Notes under the pieces: generated by a model | What the model was told of the DNA's origin: nothing | The model's input: only the letters and a program-made list of their open reading frames with translations | The model's database searches: none | Source of the DNA: the human T2T-CHM13v2.0 reference genome, Homo sapiens | Direction: 5' to 3' (one strand) | DNA length: 64,000 nucleotides | Assembly (NCBI RefSeq): GCF_009914755.1 | Contig: NC_060944.1 | Translations under genes and position numbers: made by a program | In this document: piece after piece, positions 1 through 20,621 of the stretch | Position numbering within the stretch: position 1 is the stretch's first letter | Layout of the letters: each line of letters begins with the position of its first letter

Positions 1-854
<854 letters not shown>

Positions 855-2078
855 TCACTTTCTACTGTAACAACCAAAACAAAGTATATAACTTTTTTCT
901 GTTCTCTCTACTAAACATTTATTCCCCTTTCTGCTATTTCCTCAATTCTTCAGAAGCCAAGTGTGGCCTTCTACTTGTTTTCTCAAGCCTCACCTTTGGC
1001 TTTCACAGGGTTCAGTAGTATCTGAACCTAGTAGGTAGAGGAAGGCAGGGAAAATGAGGCAAAACAGTCTACTCTCCTGTTTATTACAAGGTCTTTTGGG
1101 TGAGGAGCCTGGAACAACCAGGTACAAGAGGCAGTAGATGGTGGGAAGAACCCTAGACCCCCAGGTCCAGGTCAAAGTCAAAAGATGTAGGTTCTAGCCT
1201 GGCTTCACCAACTTAACAGACACTAGCTCTGAACAAATCAGATAACCTCTCAGTGTCATCTGTAAAATAGAGTTAAAATATCTTCAACTATTTACAAGAG
1301 ACTGGAAGATTAAAATAAGATATTATTGGTGAAAGTGCTCTGAAAATAGTTAAATGCTATTTTAAAAATCATTTCATATGCCCATGCAATTTCTGTCCCG
1401 CAAAACAAAGTACTGGTGGTTGCTTCTTTTCATCACTAGAGCCAAAACAAGTATGACAAAATTATCCACTTCTTGACAATTCTGAGCCGTAGACAAAATT
1501 ACAGGCATACTAAAATAAAATGGGAAAAGTACCAACAAATGACAAGAGACAACATAAGCCTTGCTCAAAGCTATATTGAGAATGCCTCCTTACAAGTCAT
1601 CTCAGGACAAATTTCACGGTAAAAGGTTGGTTCTAGTCTTCCTTTAGCTTCCTGAAGCCTGGAGGATGCAGCAATGTCTTCAGTATATTTATGAGAATAA
1701 TGGACAGAAGGATAAGGTGAAATACTACACATTTTTAGGCTTCTCCTTAAAGAGACAGGGTAAGCCACAAAGGTGATGCCAAAACATCTATAGGATTAAC
1801 ACAGTGGAAACAGCTCAGGTTTTAAGAGTAGGAAAGACTTTGGTTTCTGTCTGGCTTTGCCACTTCTTTACTGGGCAAACCAGCCTTTCATTCGGATTTT
1901 TAATCTGTGAAGTAGGAATAATACTATCTATCTCAAAGGGATATTCTGAGAGAGAGAATGTATGTAAAGCACTTGGCACATAAGAGATAATAAATCATAG
2001 CAGGACAGGCAAAAACAACAACAACAAAACCCTCAAGCCATCTACTTCTATGCAAATCTGAAGGCTTTTCCTCTATAC

Positions 2079-2280
2079 CAGTGGTTCTTAACCAAGGAAA
2101 TTTTGCCTCCCAGGGACATCTGGCAATGTCTGGAGACATTTTTGGTTGTCACCACTGGGGAGTGCTATTAGCATCTAGTGGGTAGAGGCCAAAGATGCTG
2201 CTAAACATTCTACAATGCACAGAGCAGTGTTCCACAACAAACAATTATCCAACCCAAAACATCGACAGTGAGAAATCCTG
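2079..2280. mobile_element. MER20-like hAT-Charlie MITE
   Basis: Starts CAGTGGTTCTTAACC; internal GGCAATGTCTGGAGACATTTTTGGTTGTCAC and GATGCTGCTAAACATTCTACAATGCAC are typical of MER20. Confidence 0.85.
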
Positions 2281-2754
2281 CCATACAGCAGGCATTCTTT
2301 GATACTCAATAGGAGTAAGCTACTTCACCTTTCCTAGCCTTCGTTTACTCACTGGCAATGTGGGAATACATTTATCTGTGCTCCTTCCTCATCAAGCTAT
2401 TGGGAGGTTCAAATGAAGTAATGGATGAGAGGCATTATTATCATTATACCTTTTACTATATACACAAAACCATCCACTTGCTGCGCAAAGACAGAAGCAT
2501 TCACATACTGGGGAGGGGGAGAGGGAGGCTAACGGGGTGGAAGTCTTTGTTTGGAGGTGCCATGATCTAAAGAGGGCCTCTTGCCTATCTACCTGCTTGG
2601 CGAGAGCCAAGAGAGTTCTCATGAATAGTGATGGCACAGGAGCACTTACGTCTCAGGGAGAGAAAGGAGTAAGGTGGAATGTGGGAAGTGGGTAGGAACA
2701 GCATAGGCCTATCAAAGAGGAGCAGATAGATGTTAGGAAGTGAGACACTGCTTT

Positions 2755-5835
<3,081 letters not shown>

Positions 5836-5975
5836 GAAATAGATTTTTAAAGTATTCCTTTCATTGAAAGTCAAGCTAAATATGTTTTAAGTTACTATTT
5901 AGATGATACAGAAAATGAAATACTATCAGAAGAAAAGGCTTGTCCATATTTTAGTGAAAACAGAAAAGTCTTTAC

Positions 5976-6032
5976 CTTATCATTTAGAAGTGGTTTGATC
6001 TCTGTGAGCTGAACATCCTGAAGTTCATCCAT
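5976..6032 (-). CDS. NDRG3: NDRG3 first coding exon (exon 2, coding part): MDELQDVQLTEIKPLLNDK; the gene continues beyond the left edge of the window
   Basis: Minus strand reads ATG GAT GAA CTT CAG GAT GTT CAG CTC ACA GAG ATC AAA CCA CTT CTA AAT GAT AAG|gtaaag (57 nt, phase 0). The peptide matches the NDRG3 N-terminus as I recall it. Confidence 0.96.
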
Positions 6033-6080
6033 GAGGTCAGATAACGAGAGTAGAGGAATCTCAAGAATAAATCAGTAACT
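5976..6080 (-). other. NDRG3: NDRG3 exon 2 (105 nt: 48 nt 5' UTR + 57 nt CDS)
   Basis: Acceptor ttcttttctgtttcag|AGTTAC with AG at 6082-6081; donor AAG|gtaaag with GT at 5975-5974. Confidence 0.93.
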
Positions 6081-6216
6081 CTGAAACAGAAAAGAAAGAA
6101 GTGAAGAAAAAGGCTTAAGCCAGAAGTTGGAAACATAATAGTCACAGTACACCCATTCATTCAAATATGAGACTTACTCTGTGCCATGCCCTGCTCAGGG
6201 TGCTAAAGACACATAG

Positions 6217-6761
6217 TTACGGCAGATAGACACTAACCTGGTCTATAGGATTCTTGCCTCCTGGTATTCACATCCTTGCCTAATACCCCCAGTGAGTGTG
6301 CGCAGGGCCTGTGGCTTGCTTTTAACCATTAGAATACGGCAAAAGTGATGGAATGTACATGAGTGACTTTGCATGATTACATTATATAATATTTTCACAT
6401 CTGTCTTGCTGAGGGACACTCTCCCCTGCTAGGTCTGAAGAGGCAAGCTGATGTGCTGTGAGAGGGCCACGTAACAAGTAACTGAGAGCAGCCTCCAGCA
6501 GAAAGACAGCAAGAAACTGAGACCTTCAGTTCAACAATCTGCAAGGAACTGAATGCTGCCAACAACAGGAGCCTGGAAGCAGATCCTTCCCCAGCTGAGT
6601 GTCAGAGAAGAAGCTGACCGACACCTTGATCGCCATGTTGCAGAGGACCTACACAGCCCACACCAGACTCCTGAACCACAGAAACTGAGAGACAATGAAT
6701 ATGTGTTGTTTTAGGCTACTACATTTGCGGTAATATTTTTATGCAGCAACAGATTAATACA
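6217..6761. mobile_element. MaLR solo LTR (MLT1E-like)
   Basis: CAGCAAGAAACTGAG...GCAAGGAACTGAATGCTGCCAACAAC...CACAGAAACTGAGAG...TGTGTTGTTTTA...TAATACA end. Confidence 0.8.
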
Positions 6762-7006
6762 ATTAATACAATAGTCTTTGCTCTCATGGAGCACACGTTT
6801 TAGTTACTGAAGACGGATAAAGAAACAACATACTCAAAACTATGCTTGGAACAGACTGGAAGACGGATTAAGCGGGGACAAAAATTGAAGATTATTACTG
6901 CAGGATGAGGACTTGAATTAGGAATGGCAGTGGGAATGAAAGAGGAGGGAACCAAGGCTAAGCTTACTAATCCTCATTTGGGGAATCACAGCAGTGGGTG
7001 AAAGGT

Positions 7007-7525
7007 ATGGTAGTCAGCTCCAAGATGGCCTTCAACGAGCCCAGTGATCCCTGACTCCTGATATTCATTCACACATATGTATAATCGCCCACCCAAATAA
7101 ATCAGGGATGGCTCGTGTAACTAATAGAATATGGAGGAAGCAACAATATGTGACTTCTGAAGCTGCATCATAAAACGCATTACACTTTGTGCTTCAAGAC
7201 ACTATAAACTACTAGTTCTAGGGGAAGCTAGCTGCCAAATCATCAGGACACTCAAACAGCCCTCTGGCGAGGCCCATGTGGAGAGGAACCAACTTGCCAG
7301 CGCCAACCTGCTAGCCATGTGTGTGAGTTACCTTGCAAATGAATCCTCCAGCCCCAGTCAAGAGTTCGGATAGCTACAGCCCCAGGGACACCTGACTGCA
7401 ACCACATGAGAGACTCTAAGTCAGAACCACCCTACCAAGCCTGCTCCCAAGTTTCTGACCCACAGAAACCATGAGAGATAATAATTTTGTTTTAGAGTGA
7501 TCTATAGCAATAGAGAACTAATACA
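7007..7525. mobile_element. MaLR solo LTR (MLT1F-like)
   Basis: CCAAGATGGCC start; GAGGCCCATGTGGAGAGGAAC; CCCACAGAAACCATGAGAGATAATAA...CTAATACA end. Confidence 0.8.
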
Positions 7526-7953
7526 TAGGGAGAGCAGAATGGGGAGCTCAGAGAGAGGAGACAAGTTGGAGAGAGGTAGGCAGGGTAATGAACTACAAAT
7601 TCTTCTTCTATCTCACCATGCAAGAAGCCATGGGGATAGGCTGCAAATACTCAATATTGCAGGAAAGTGATTCCCACCTAGACTTCAAAGCTTCAGGCAT
7701 CATCCTTTTTGTCTTGGCCCTAAACCTATCAAGTCAGGAAAAATGTTAATTCAGAGTTGGGGATTTACATTTAACAACCATTTATTGAGTACCCATTGCA
7801 CTATGGAAGATACAAAAAGGGTCCCTGCCTCTAAAGAGTAGAGATGATGTTGATCTACAAATTGATAAATAAAAAGAAGGGCCATAGGAATTCAAAGGAG
7901 AAGCAATTATGTCTGATTGGTGGAAATCAAGAAAGCCTTCAAAAGATATTAGT

Positions 7954-7956
<3 letters not shown>

Positions 7957-7998
<42 letters not shown>
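7957..7998 (+). repeat. (GT)21 microsatellite
   Basis: Counted directly; adjoins an Alu poly-T tail. Confidence 0.97.
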
Positions 7999-7999
<1 letters not shown>

Positions 8000-8032
8000 T
8001 GGTGTTTTTGTTTTTTTTTTTTTGAGACCTAG

Positions 8033-8209
<177 letters not shown>

Positions 8210-9236
8210 TAGCCCGGCTGGTCTTGAACTCCTGCCTTCAAGTGATCCACACACCTCAGCCTCCCAAAGTGTTAGGATCACAGGCGTGAGCCACTGCGCC
8301 CGGCCTAGTGTACTATATTAATCCACTTTTCTGTTTACCTTCTAGAGATAGAATGACATGATTTTGATTTAATTACCTATGGAGAGGGTATGTGTTCCAG
8401 GCTACCTTTTAGCTATTATTTGCCAACACACTGAAATAAATCCTGCTCCCAGCTATGCCTATGTTAGAACAGACTAACAAAAAAGCCCTCTTATCATTTA
8501 TTCAAGGGACTCAGAGGATGTCTATTGAGAACACTCCTCAGGCTATGAACCCCACATGCTAACTGTGAATATTCCAAAAGTGTGAACCACCTAGAGACCA
8601 CAAATTTGATGATGTTTAACCTCCCTATAGGACAGTGGTTCTTTTGTCAGATCGCAGGCACCCATATACTTGATTGAGCTACTTAATGCCCAGAAGTTGA
8701 ATCTTTTTTTGTTTTTATACCAGTCACATTTCAAAAGGGGGTGAGGTGGCTTGACTCTTAAACAGTGAGTTTCAGCCAGCATCTACATTCTCTTTTTCAC
8801 AGTCCCCACTTAACTCTTAAAATATTGGCCTAACTGGAATCTACTCCATGTTTGTTTATTAATAACACTACAAACTGTGGCTACTTTTTATTTGAACTTT
8901 ACTATTTATCAGTTATTTTAAATGGCAATTTAAAAGCGTTTTCCGGCCGGGCCCGGTGGCTCGCACCTGTAATCCCAGCACTTTGGGAGGCGGAGATGGA
9001 TGGATCACCTGAGGTCAGGAGTTCGAGACCAGCCTGGTCAACATGGTGAAACCCCATTTCTACTAAAAGTACAAAGATTAGCTGGGTGTGGTGGCACACG
9101 CCTGTAATTCCAGCTACTCCAGCAGGCTGAGGCACGAGAATCATTTGAACCCAGGAGGCGGAGGTTGCAGTGAGCCAAGATCTGTCAACTGTACTCCAGC
9201 CTGGGCAACAGAACAAGACTCTGTCTCAAAAATTTA

Positions 9237-9446
<210 letters not shown>

Positions 9447-9489
9447 TTAGACAGGTGTGGTGGTGCACGCCTGTAATCCCAGCTACTCA

Positions 9490-9642
<153 letters not shown>

Positions 9643-9755
9643 TCACGCCTGTAATCCCAGCACGCTGGGAGGCCAAGGTGGGTGGATCACCTGAGGTTCG
9701 AGACCAGTCTGGACAACATGGTGAAACCCTGTCTCTACTAACAATACAAAAATTA

Positions 9756-9961
<206 letters not shown>

Positions 9962-11183
9962 TTACTCATTGTCCTTCCACCTAAAGAAAACCATTTTAGC
10001 CTATTTCCACTTGTTTTTCTTTTTCCCACTTAAATGGTGATTTCCTGAAATTGTTTTTTCAACTCACCCACTTTATCCCTACTTTAATTCACTCACTGGA
10101 AAGCAATGCACTTCAAGATGGGAATTATTCAAATATGACTCCACATGGGTGGGCCTGTCAAAGGGTCAGAGAGAGGCCTAAGGTGCCCTCAAGTCCAAAG
10201 TGACTGGCATTCACCTAGTGTTCCTTTTTTTTTTTTTTTTTTTTGAGATGGGGTCTTACTCTTTCACCTAGGCTGGAGTGCAGTGGCACAATCATGGCTC
10301 TCAACCTCCCAGCCTCAAGCAATCCTCCCACCCCAGCCTCTCACACAGCTGAGACAATGGGCATGTGCCACCATGCCTTGCTAACTTAAAAAACATTTTT
10401 TTTAGAGACAGGAGTTTCACTATGTTGTCCAGACTACTCTTGAACTCCTAGACTCAAGCAATCCCCCTGCCTTGGCTTCCCAAAGTGCGGGATTACAGGT
10501 GTGAGCCACCATACCCATCCCTAAGTATTTTTTTAAAGATGAAGAAAAATGCAATTTTTACACCAACAAACACTTAAACAAAGACACAAATTAAATGAGA
10601 AGGCTGTCCCTATCAGCTAGGCCCAATGCAGGCTCAGGCGACAATGTTGTGCAGGACAGTAAGCTGCTCCAGGGTGACTCAGGATTTGGCAACTTGGCAG
10701 TAGACATTCACCTTCCACTATTAGGGGATCTAATGCATTCTTCTGGAGACTCCATTTTTGCTCCGCTTTCAATGTCTCAAGCCCTTGCCAATGAGCAGTT
10801 TTATAACATATACAAGAAAACTAAGATTCTGGTGGAAAACTCCATCTCCAGATCCCTCAGCTGCACAGACGGGCTCCCTCCTGGGGATCCAAGGCCTGCA
10901 GTTCCGGCATCTGTACAAATGGTATGGCTGCCAGATCCCATACAGGTACTAAAAGCTATTAATATTTTCAAAAGGCAAGTAGGGATTTTATAAATTGCAG
11001 TCAATAATTTTTGCCTGTTTCCTAGTCATATGAGTAGGAGGGAGGATTGATAAGGAAAAACTAGCCATCTTCAAATTAAGGAAATGAATCTGATACCAAA
11101 TGGCTAGAAAGGGAAAGGAGAAAAGGTGGCTACCTACTCTGTCAGGAATTATAATCTCGGCACCTTATGTTTAATCCTCATAA

Positions 11184-11494
<311 letters not shown>

Positions 11495-11497
11495 TGA

Positions 11498-11857
<360 letters not shown>

Positions 11858-11860
11858 TGA

Positions 11861-12019
<159 letters not shown>

Positions 12020-12337
12020 TAGTAGAGACGGAGTTTCACCGTGTTAGCCAGGATGGTCTCGATCTCCTGACCTCGTGATCTGCCCTCCTCAGCCTCCCAA
12101 AGTGCTGGGATTACAGGCATGAGCCACCGTGCCCGGCCTATTTCTTTATAGATGAGAAATTTAGGCTCAGAGAAGTTAAGTAACTTCTAAAATCCCCACA
12201 TCTAAGTAATAAAGAGCCAGGAGCGGTAGCATGCAACTATAGTGTCAGCTACTTGAAAGGCTAATGCAGGAGGATTGCTTCAGCCCAAGAGTTTGAGTCC
12301 AGCCTGGGCAACACAGCAAGACCCTGCCTCTAAATAA

Positions 12338-12532
<195 letters not shown>

Positions 12533-12685
12533 TAGTAGAGACGGGGTTTCACTGTTAACCAGGATGGTCTCGATCTCCTGACCTCGTGATCTACCTGCCT
12601 CAGCCTCCCAAAGTGCTGGGATTACAGGCGTGAGCCACTGCGCCCAGCCAGGGAAAGGATTTTAAAACCTTTGCTTTTCCCATTA

Positions 12686-13362
<677 letters not shown>

Positions 13363-13804
13363 TAATGTCTGTGCCAGGCCCCATCTACTGATTGTAGGAC
13401 CCTGAGCAAGTTTTTTCCTCTTTACCCAGCCTGTGGCACCTCCTTGAGGTAAGAGAAGGCTAAAGCAATCCTATACATACCAACGACTCAGACACCTTAG
13501 AAATGAAGCTCTGAGTCATCACACCAGGACAAGAGCCCTCACTATCTCAGTAGTTATAACGCTAAGGGCATAGAGGATGTGGAATGAGTAGAGAAAAGAG
13601 AAATGAAGTTCCAGCTATTACTTGGCAAACAGTTTCAGAGGCAAGGGCTATTTCTTGCTTGTTAGAACAGCAAGCCTCAAAATCTATCACCTGGGAATCT
13701 TGTTTAGGATCTCAGATATGATCAGTTTTAAGTGATGAGAGTCTAACATGTGACCTCATCACTGAGGAGAGATGGAGATAATCTGAGGTGAGGAGATGAA
13801 CTGA

Positions 13805-14092
<288 letters not shown>

Positions 14093-14303
14093 TAGAATTA
14101 CAGGCATGAGCCACCATGCCCAGCCAATTAGCAACAATCTTCAATAGAGATCAGTGAGGATGGGGTAAAGGAAGACTCCATTAATTTGATTTCGTCCTGC
14201 CTTCTTCCAAAATTTCAGTAAACTAGATGGAACTTTTATTTTTTATTTTTAAATGTTTTAGGGGCCGGGCACGGTGGCTCACGCCTGTAATCCCAGCACT
14301 TTA

Positions 14304-14811
<508 letters not shown>

Positions 14812-15917
14812 TGAACATACTGGAGAAACAAAATAGTTTGCAGAAACCTCGCTGAAAGGTAACAAGGGTCTGTCAGGCTCCTGAAATTACGAAATGTGAA
14901 AAAAATAAAAAAAAAGGAGGGGGAGCTCTGGGATATAAAGTTGGTAAAAATAGCACAAGGTTGGCCAGGGCACAGTGGCTCATGCCTATAATCCTAGCAC
15001 TGTGGGAGGCCGAGATGGGAGAATTATTTGAGGCCAGGAGTTCGAGACCAGCCTGGCCAATATGGTAGAACCCCGTCACTATTAACCAAACAAAAATTAG
15101 CCAGGCGTGGTGGTAATTCCAGCTACTTGGGAGGCTGAGGCATGAGAATCACTTAAAACTGGGAGGAGGAGGTTGGAGTGAGCCAAGATCGCGCCACTGC
15201 ACTCCAGCCTGGGCAACAGAGGGAGATGCTGTCTCGAAAAAAAAAAAAAAAGAAAGAAAGAAAAAAAGTAGAACAAGGTCAGAGAAGAGTTAGATTTTGC
15301 CAAAGTTTTCAGTTGGGGAGATAAAAGAATTATGGAACAATGAATGGAAATTAGTGAGCTGAGAAAAAGTAACAGAGAAACTGATTTGTTAAAAAGAAAA
15401 TCAATTTCAGTCAGGAATCCAAGAGAGACCTGAGCACAGGTGGGAGTGAGAATGAGTGAGGTAAGCCTCCAAACGACCACCAAACCAGAGATAAGGAGGT
15501 CTGTAGGCCTGGGCTCTTCTGAAGGACAACTCAGTGATGGAAAAGAAAGAACCAGTAAGAGACAAAGAAAAAATGTTCAGAGATGCTAGAGGAAAGGCAG
15601 AAATACAATGTCAAAGAATTCAAGGGAGAAGAGAGATTTACACAAAAGTGGAGGAAAACTGTCAAATGCTGAAGAAAAAAGGAGGAGGATGAAGACTATG
15701 AAAGGGCCATTAACTTTGGACAGTAAAAGTCAGTGGTGTTAAAATCTAGGAAAAATGAAGTTCAGTTCTCCATGCTGAAAAGCCCATGACTATGTACATC
15801 ACTTTTTAGAAATATAGAAATTAGGCCAGGCGCGATGGGTCACACCCGTAATCCCAGCACTTTGGGAGGCCGAGGCGAGTGGATCACAAGGTCAGGAGAT
15901 CGAGACCATCCTGGCTA

Positions 15918-16196
<279 letters not shown>

Positions 16197-18907
16197 TCAC
16201 TTGAGTCCAGGAGCTCAAGACCAGCCTGAGCAACACAGTGAGACCCCATCTCTACAAAAAATTAAACAATTAGCAGGGTGTGATGGTATGTGCCTGTAGT
16301 ATCAGCCACTCAGGAGGCTGAGGTGGGAGGATCACCTAAACCCAGGAGGCTGAGGCTGCAGCGAGCCACGACTGCACCGCTGCAGTCCAGCCTGGGCAAC
16401 AGAGTGAGACCCTGTCTCAAACTAAATAAATAAATAATAGAAATATAGAATCTAACATTTCTGAATTGAAATGCAAGCAAAAATGTCACCAGGAATCCAG
16501 GAGAGACACACACTGGGAGGGGCTTTAAAAGATCAACAAGATCAGTGACTTTCAAGTTTTACAGCAAAACTCCGAAATAGAAAACAGAAAACATGTAGAG
16601 GCTTTGGTTGAAGTGGTGGTGAGACCACTAGGGCTCTGCAGAACACCGTTTAAAGCGTGATAATACAGAGTGCAATCCTTTGTTCACTCAGAAAAAAGAC
16701 ACCCAGAGACGCATGGATTCTTCCAGTAATGGAAAGAGCATGTAAGCACATCAGATGTGGATTCTAAACCTAAATGGGCCCCTACATAGCTCAGTGGTGC
16801 TGAGCAAAGCATTTTCCCTTTCTGGGCCTCAGTTACCCCATCTGTCAAGGGAAAAGATTGGGCAGGATGACCTTTTTGAGTCCCTGACAGGGCTGGAATT
16901 CTGTGATCCTGAAGCTCCCTGTAGAAGTAGTACTTCACATTCCTCCCCACCAGCATGAGCCTTACTACAATCCTAAGCATTTCCCCAGGTATTAGCCTAG
17001 TGAGGGTCAACCGCTTGCTGGAGATCACTCAGCAAATAAGCAGGAGGGTACACTTGGCCTGACCCTGGGGACATGAGGGTCTCAGCTTGTATCTCATTCT
17101 GCACTGTGTCCATTTAGTCAGATGAAGCTCACTGAGATTTCAAGCACTTAAAAACATTGCTTTGGCGAGGCAAGGTGGCTCATGCCTCTAATCTAGCATT
17201 TCGGGAGGCCAAGGAGGGTGGATTGCTTGAGCCCAGGAGTTTGAGACCAGCCCGGGCAACATGGCAAGACCCTGTGTCTATAAAAAATACAAAAATTAGC
17301 CGGGTGTGATGACGTGTGCCTGTAGTCCCAGCTAGTCAGGAGGCTGAGGTGGGAAGACTGCTTGAGCCCAGAAGGTGAAGGCTACAGCAAGCTGAGATTA
17401 AACCACTGCACTCCAGCCTGGGTGACGGAACACGATCCTGTCTCAAAAAAAAAAAAAAAAAAAAATATATATATATGCACATATAAATTTCTTTGTTAGT
17501 TTAATAAAGACAATAAGAACAATAAGAAAGTTATTGGCTTTTGAAACTGCAAGCTGTCTTGTTTTACAGCTTTTTCCCATGACCAAGTTTGGCCTTTGTC
17601 AGGCCTTGCCAGGATGTGCTGACACCAGGCCGCTAGCTAGTATTCTAGGGGCGGAGTCAATCACCTTTGATTTTGGCAAGATTGCAGACAGACAACCAAA
17701 ACAGAATGAAGGTATGGCCGGGCGCGGTGGCTCACGCCTGTAATCCCAGCACTTTGGGAGGCCAAGGCGGGCGGATCACGAGGGCAAGAGATTGAGACCA
17801 TCCTGGCCAACATGGTGAAACCCCGTCTCTACTAAATATACAAAAAATTAGCCGGGAGAGGTTGCAGGTGCCTGTAGTCCAGCTACTCGGCAGGCTGAGG
17901 CAGAGCTTGCAGTGAGCCGAGATCACGCCACTACACTCTAGCCTGGGTGACAGAGCGAGACTCCATCTCAAAAAAAAAATAAAAAAAAATAAAAAACACA
18001 CAGAATGACGGCAACAAACAAAGGGGGCATACTGGAGAGAATAATCTGGAAAGGGTCAGCTGGAGCTGGTGCTGAAGCAGTTATGGTTAGAAAGCCACAG
18101 GAAGTGGCCACGGGACTGGCTGGGAAGGCAGTCAGCAGAGCTCCTAAGCAAACAGATTCACATCCTCTCTCTTTATACCTTTGAACAGTGGCTATATGAG
18201 TAATCATTACAGCACTTTCCAATCTACAGAGCACCTTCACATTTAACATCTCACTGGATTATTATGATGGCACCGTGAGCTAAAACACTGAGGCACTGGC
18301 ATCATGGCTACCAACAGACATGAAGAAACTGAGGCTGAAAGAGGTGACATGCCTGGGCACGGTGGCTCACGCCTGTAATCCCAGCACTTTGGGAGGCCAA
18401 GGCAGGCGGATCACCTTTGCAGTGAGCTGAGATCGTGCCATTGCACTCCAGCCTGAGTGACAGAGCGAGACTCCGTCTCAAAAAAAAAAAAAGAGGTGAC
18501 ATGGACTGACCAAAATACCACAACTAATAAATGGCACAGCTGGAACTGAAACCCAGGTCTTCCGATCCCAAATGCTCATTTTATGCCCTAAATCACACTT
18601 TCTCCCAGGTCATCACAGATGAAAAGACTGAGAGTGAAAAGAAGAGAAATTCAGAATTGAGAAGACTGCCTCACCACACCCACTCCGCACTGAACATGTC
18701 TTTATCTCTGCTTAAGCAGTTAGGATTAGGCCACAGGCTCTAGGATTAAGCCCTGATATGTAGTGAATAACAAGAAAGCACAGATGGGGGACTGGAATTA
18801 GTCTTTACCTATTAATTCAATTAAATAGGGGAGATAAGGTCTATAAACAAATTGTTACAGTTCGAGGCAGTATACATAGAAGCTTATGAACTGGACAAAC
18901 TCAAAGG

Positions 18908-19124
18908 CAGTTTCTCAACCTTGGCACAACTGACATTTTAGGCCAGATGATTTTTTGTTGTGGGAGGTCTGTTCTATGCATTGCAGAATGTGTAGCAGCA
19001 TCCCTGGCCTCCAATACTAGATGACAGTGGCACACTCCCCCAACAGCTGTGACAGCCAAACATGTCTCCAGATAATGCCAAATGTCCTCTTTGGGGCAAA
19101 ATCACTCCCAATTGAGAAGCACTG
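18908..19124. mobile_element. MER20-like MITE, opposite orientation to the 2079 copy
   Basis: TIR-like ends CAGTTTCTCAA...TTGAGAAGCACTG; the body is the reverse complement of the 2079-2280 element. Confidence 0.85.
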
Positions 19125-19479
19125 CTCTAAGGGTTACAGAGGTTTAGGGCATAATCGAGTCACTGCAGCTTGTGGGTGCTGGGAAGAAGTTTCATGGAGG
19201 AGGTAATATCTGAACTGCACCTTGAGAAATAGATAAAATTCCTGTAAATGAGAATAAGAATAAAAGAGGAAATTCCAGAAAGGGAGGATAACTTAAAGGC
19301 AAGGAGATGAGAAAGCACAAGGTCTGCTGGAAATAGGAAATAAGGGTAAAAATGACAGCTGGAGGCTGGTCATGGATAGCTATCCATCAACTAATATTTA
19401 CAAGATATACATACATAATGACATAGCCAACAATACACCATATCACACGTTTAACAGTATACAAGTCACCCCAGTGGCA

Positions 19480-19714
19480 CATGTTGAGCATCTCTAATCT
19501 GAAAATCCAAAATCCGAAGTGCTTCAAAATCCAAAACTTTTTGAGCACTGACATGACGCTCAGACTAAATGCTCATTGGAGCACTCGGATTTTAGATTTT
19601 CAGATTAGGGATGCTCAACTGGTAAGTATAATTCAAATATTCCAAAATTGGAAAAAATCCAAAACCTGAAACACTTCTGGTCCCAAGCATTTTGGATAAG
19701 GGATACTCAACCTG
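19480..19714 (+). mobile_element. Tigger4a/MER46-like TcMar MITE (full length)
   Basis: CATGTTGAGCATC...GATACTCAACCTG|TA; internal ~45-bp inverted repeat spanning 19483-19619. Confidence 0.85.
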
Positions 19715-20428
19715 TATTTCCATGTGTCCCACTCTCTGAAGGATTGAATGCTGCTTGAGTTATCATGTTTACATTGCAGCTAGTGTTTGGAACATACACT
19801 CAGAGCTAATGAAGCTCAAAACCAATGCAGAGGCAGGAGAAATAACTAAGGATTAGGATGGTCAGGAGTTTCCCAAGGGAAGGGAGAATGATGGGCCCTA
19901 AAGGGATATGTTTTGAACAGGGGAAGGGAGGAGGGACATACAGGTGAGGACATCAGGGTTGGGAAAGAAAGAATTAAAGACAATACACTCAGGCAGGGCA
20001 CCTGTAATCCCAGCACTTTGGGAGGCTGAGGTGGGAGGATCACTTGAGGTCAGAAGTTCAAGATCAGCCTGGCCAACAAAGTGAAACCCCATTTCCACTA
20101 ATAATACAAAAATTAGCTGAGCATGATGGCGCATGCCTTAATCCCAGCTCAGGAGGCTGAGGCTTGAACCCAGGGGGTGGAGGTTGCAGTGAGCCGAGAT
20201 TGCACCATTGCACTCCAGCCTGGGCAGAGCGAGGCCCTGTCTCAAAAAAAAAAAAAAAAAAAAAAAGACAATACATTCAGGAGACACCAAGAACAATATA
20301 GCTGGGAAAGAAGACAAGCTGCAGAAGTAGCCTAGGTCAGAATGCAGAGCACCTGAGCTGGACTTTACTACACAGACAACCCCTGAAGGTTTCTGAGGAG
20401 CAGAATGACACAGAAGCTTAACTTTTTT

Positions 20429-20621
20429 CAGTTGTTTAAAACTTGGTCATGTTGTCCACGTAGTTATCTTAGCTACACTTAAACCTGGGAAGCAGTGAAG
20501 ATTATCAATGACTCAGCCCCAACCTTAAAGATCCAATTTAATTGGGCTAACGTAGGGCCTGAGTATTGTTTTTAAAGCTTCACAGGTAATTCTTACATGC
20601 AGCTAGGGCTAAGAACCACTG
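20429..20621. mobile_element. Degenerate MER5-like MITE
   Basis: Ends ...CAGGTAATTCTTACATGCAGCTAGGGCTAAGAACCACTG. Confidence 0.6.
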
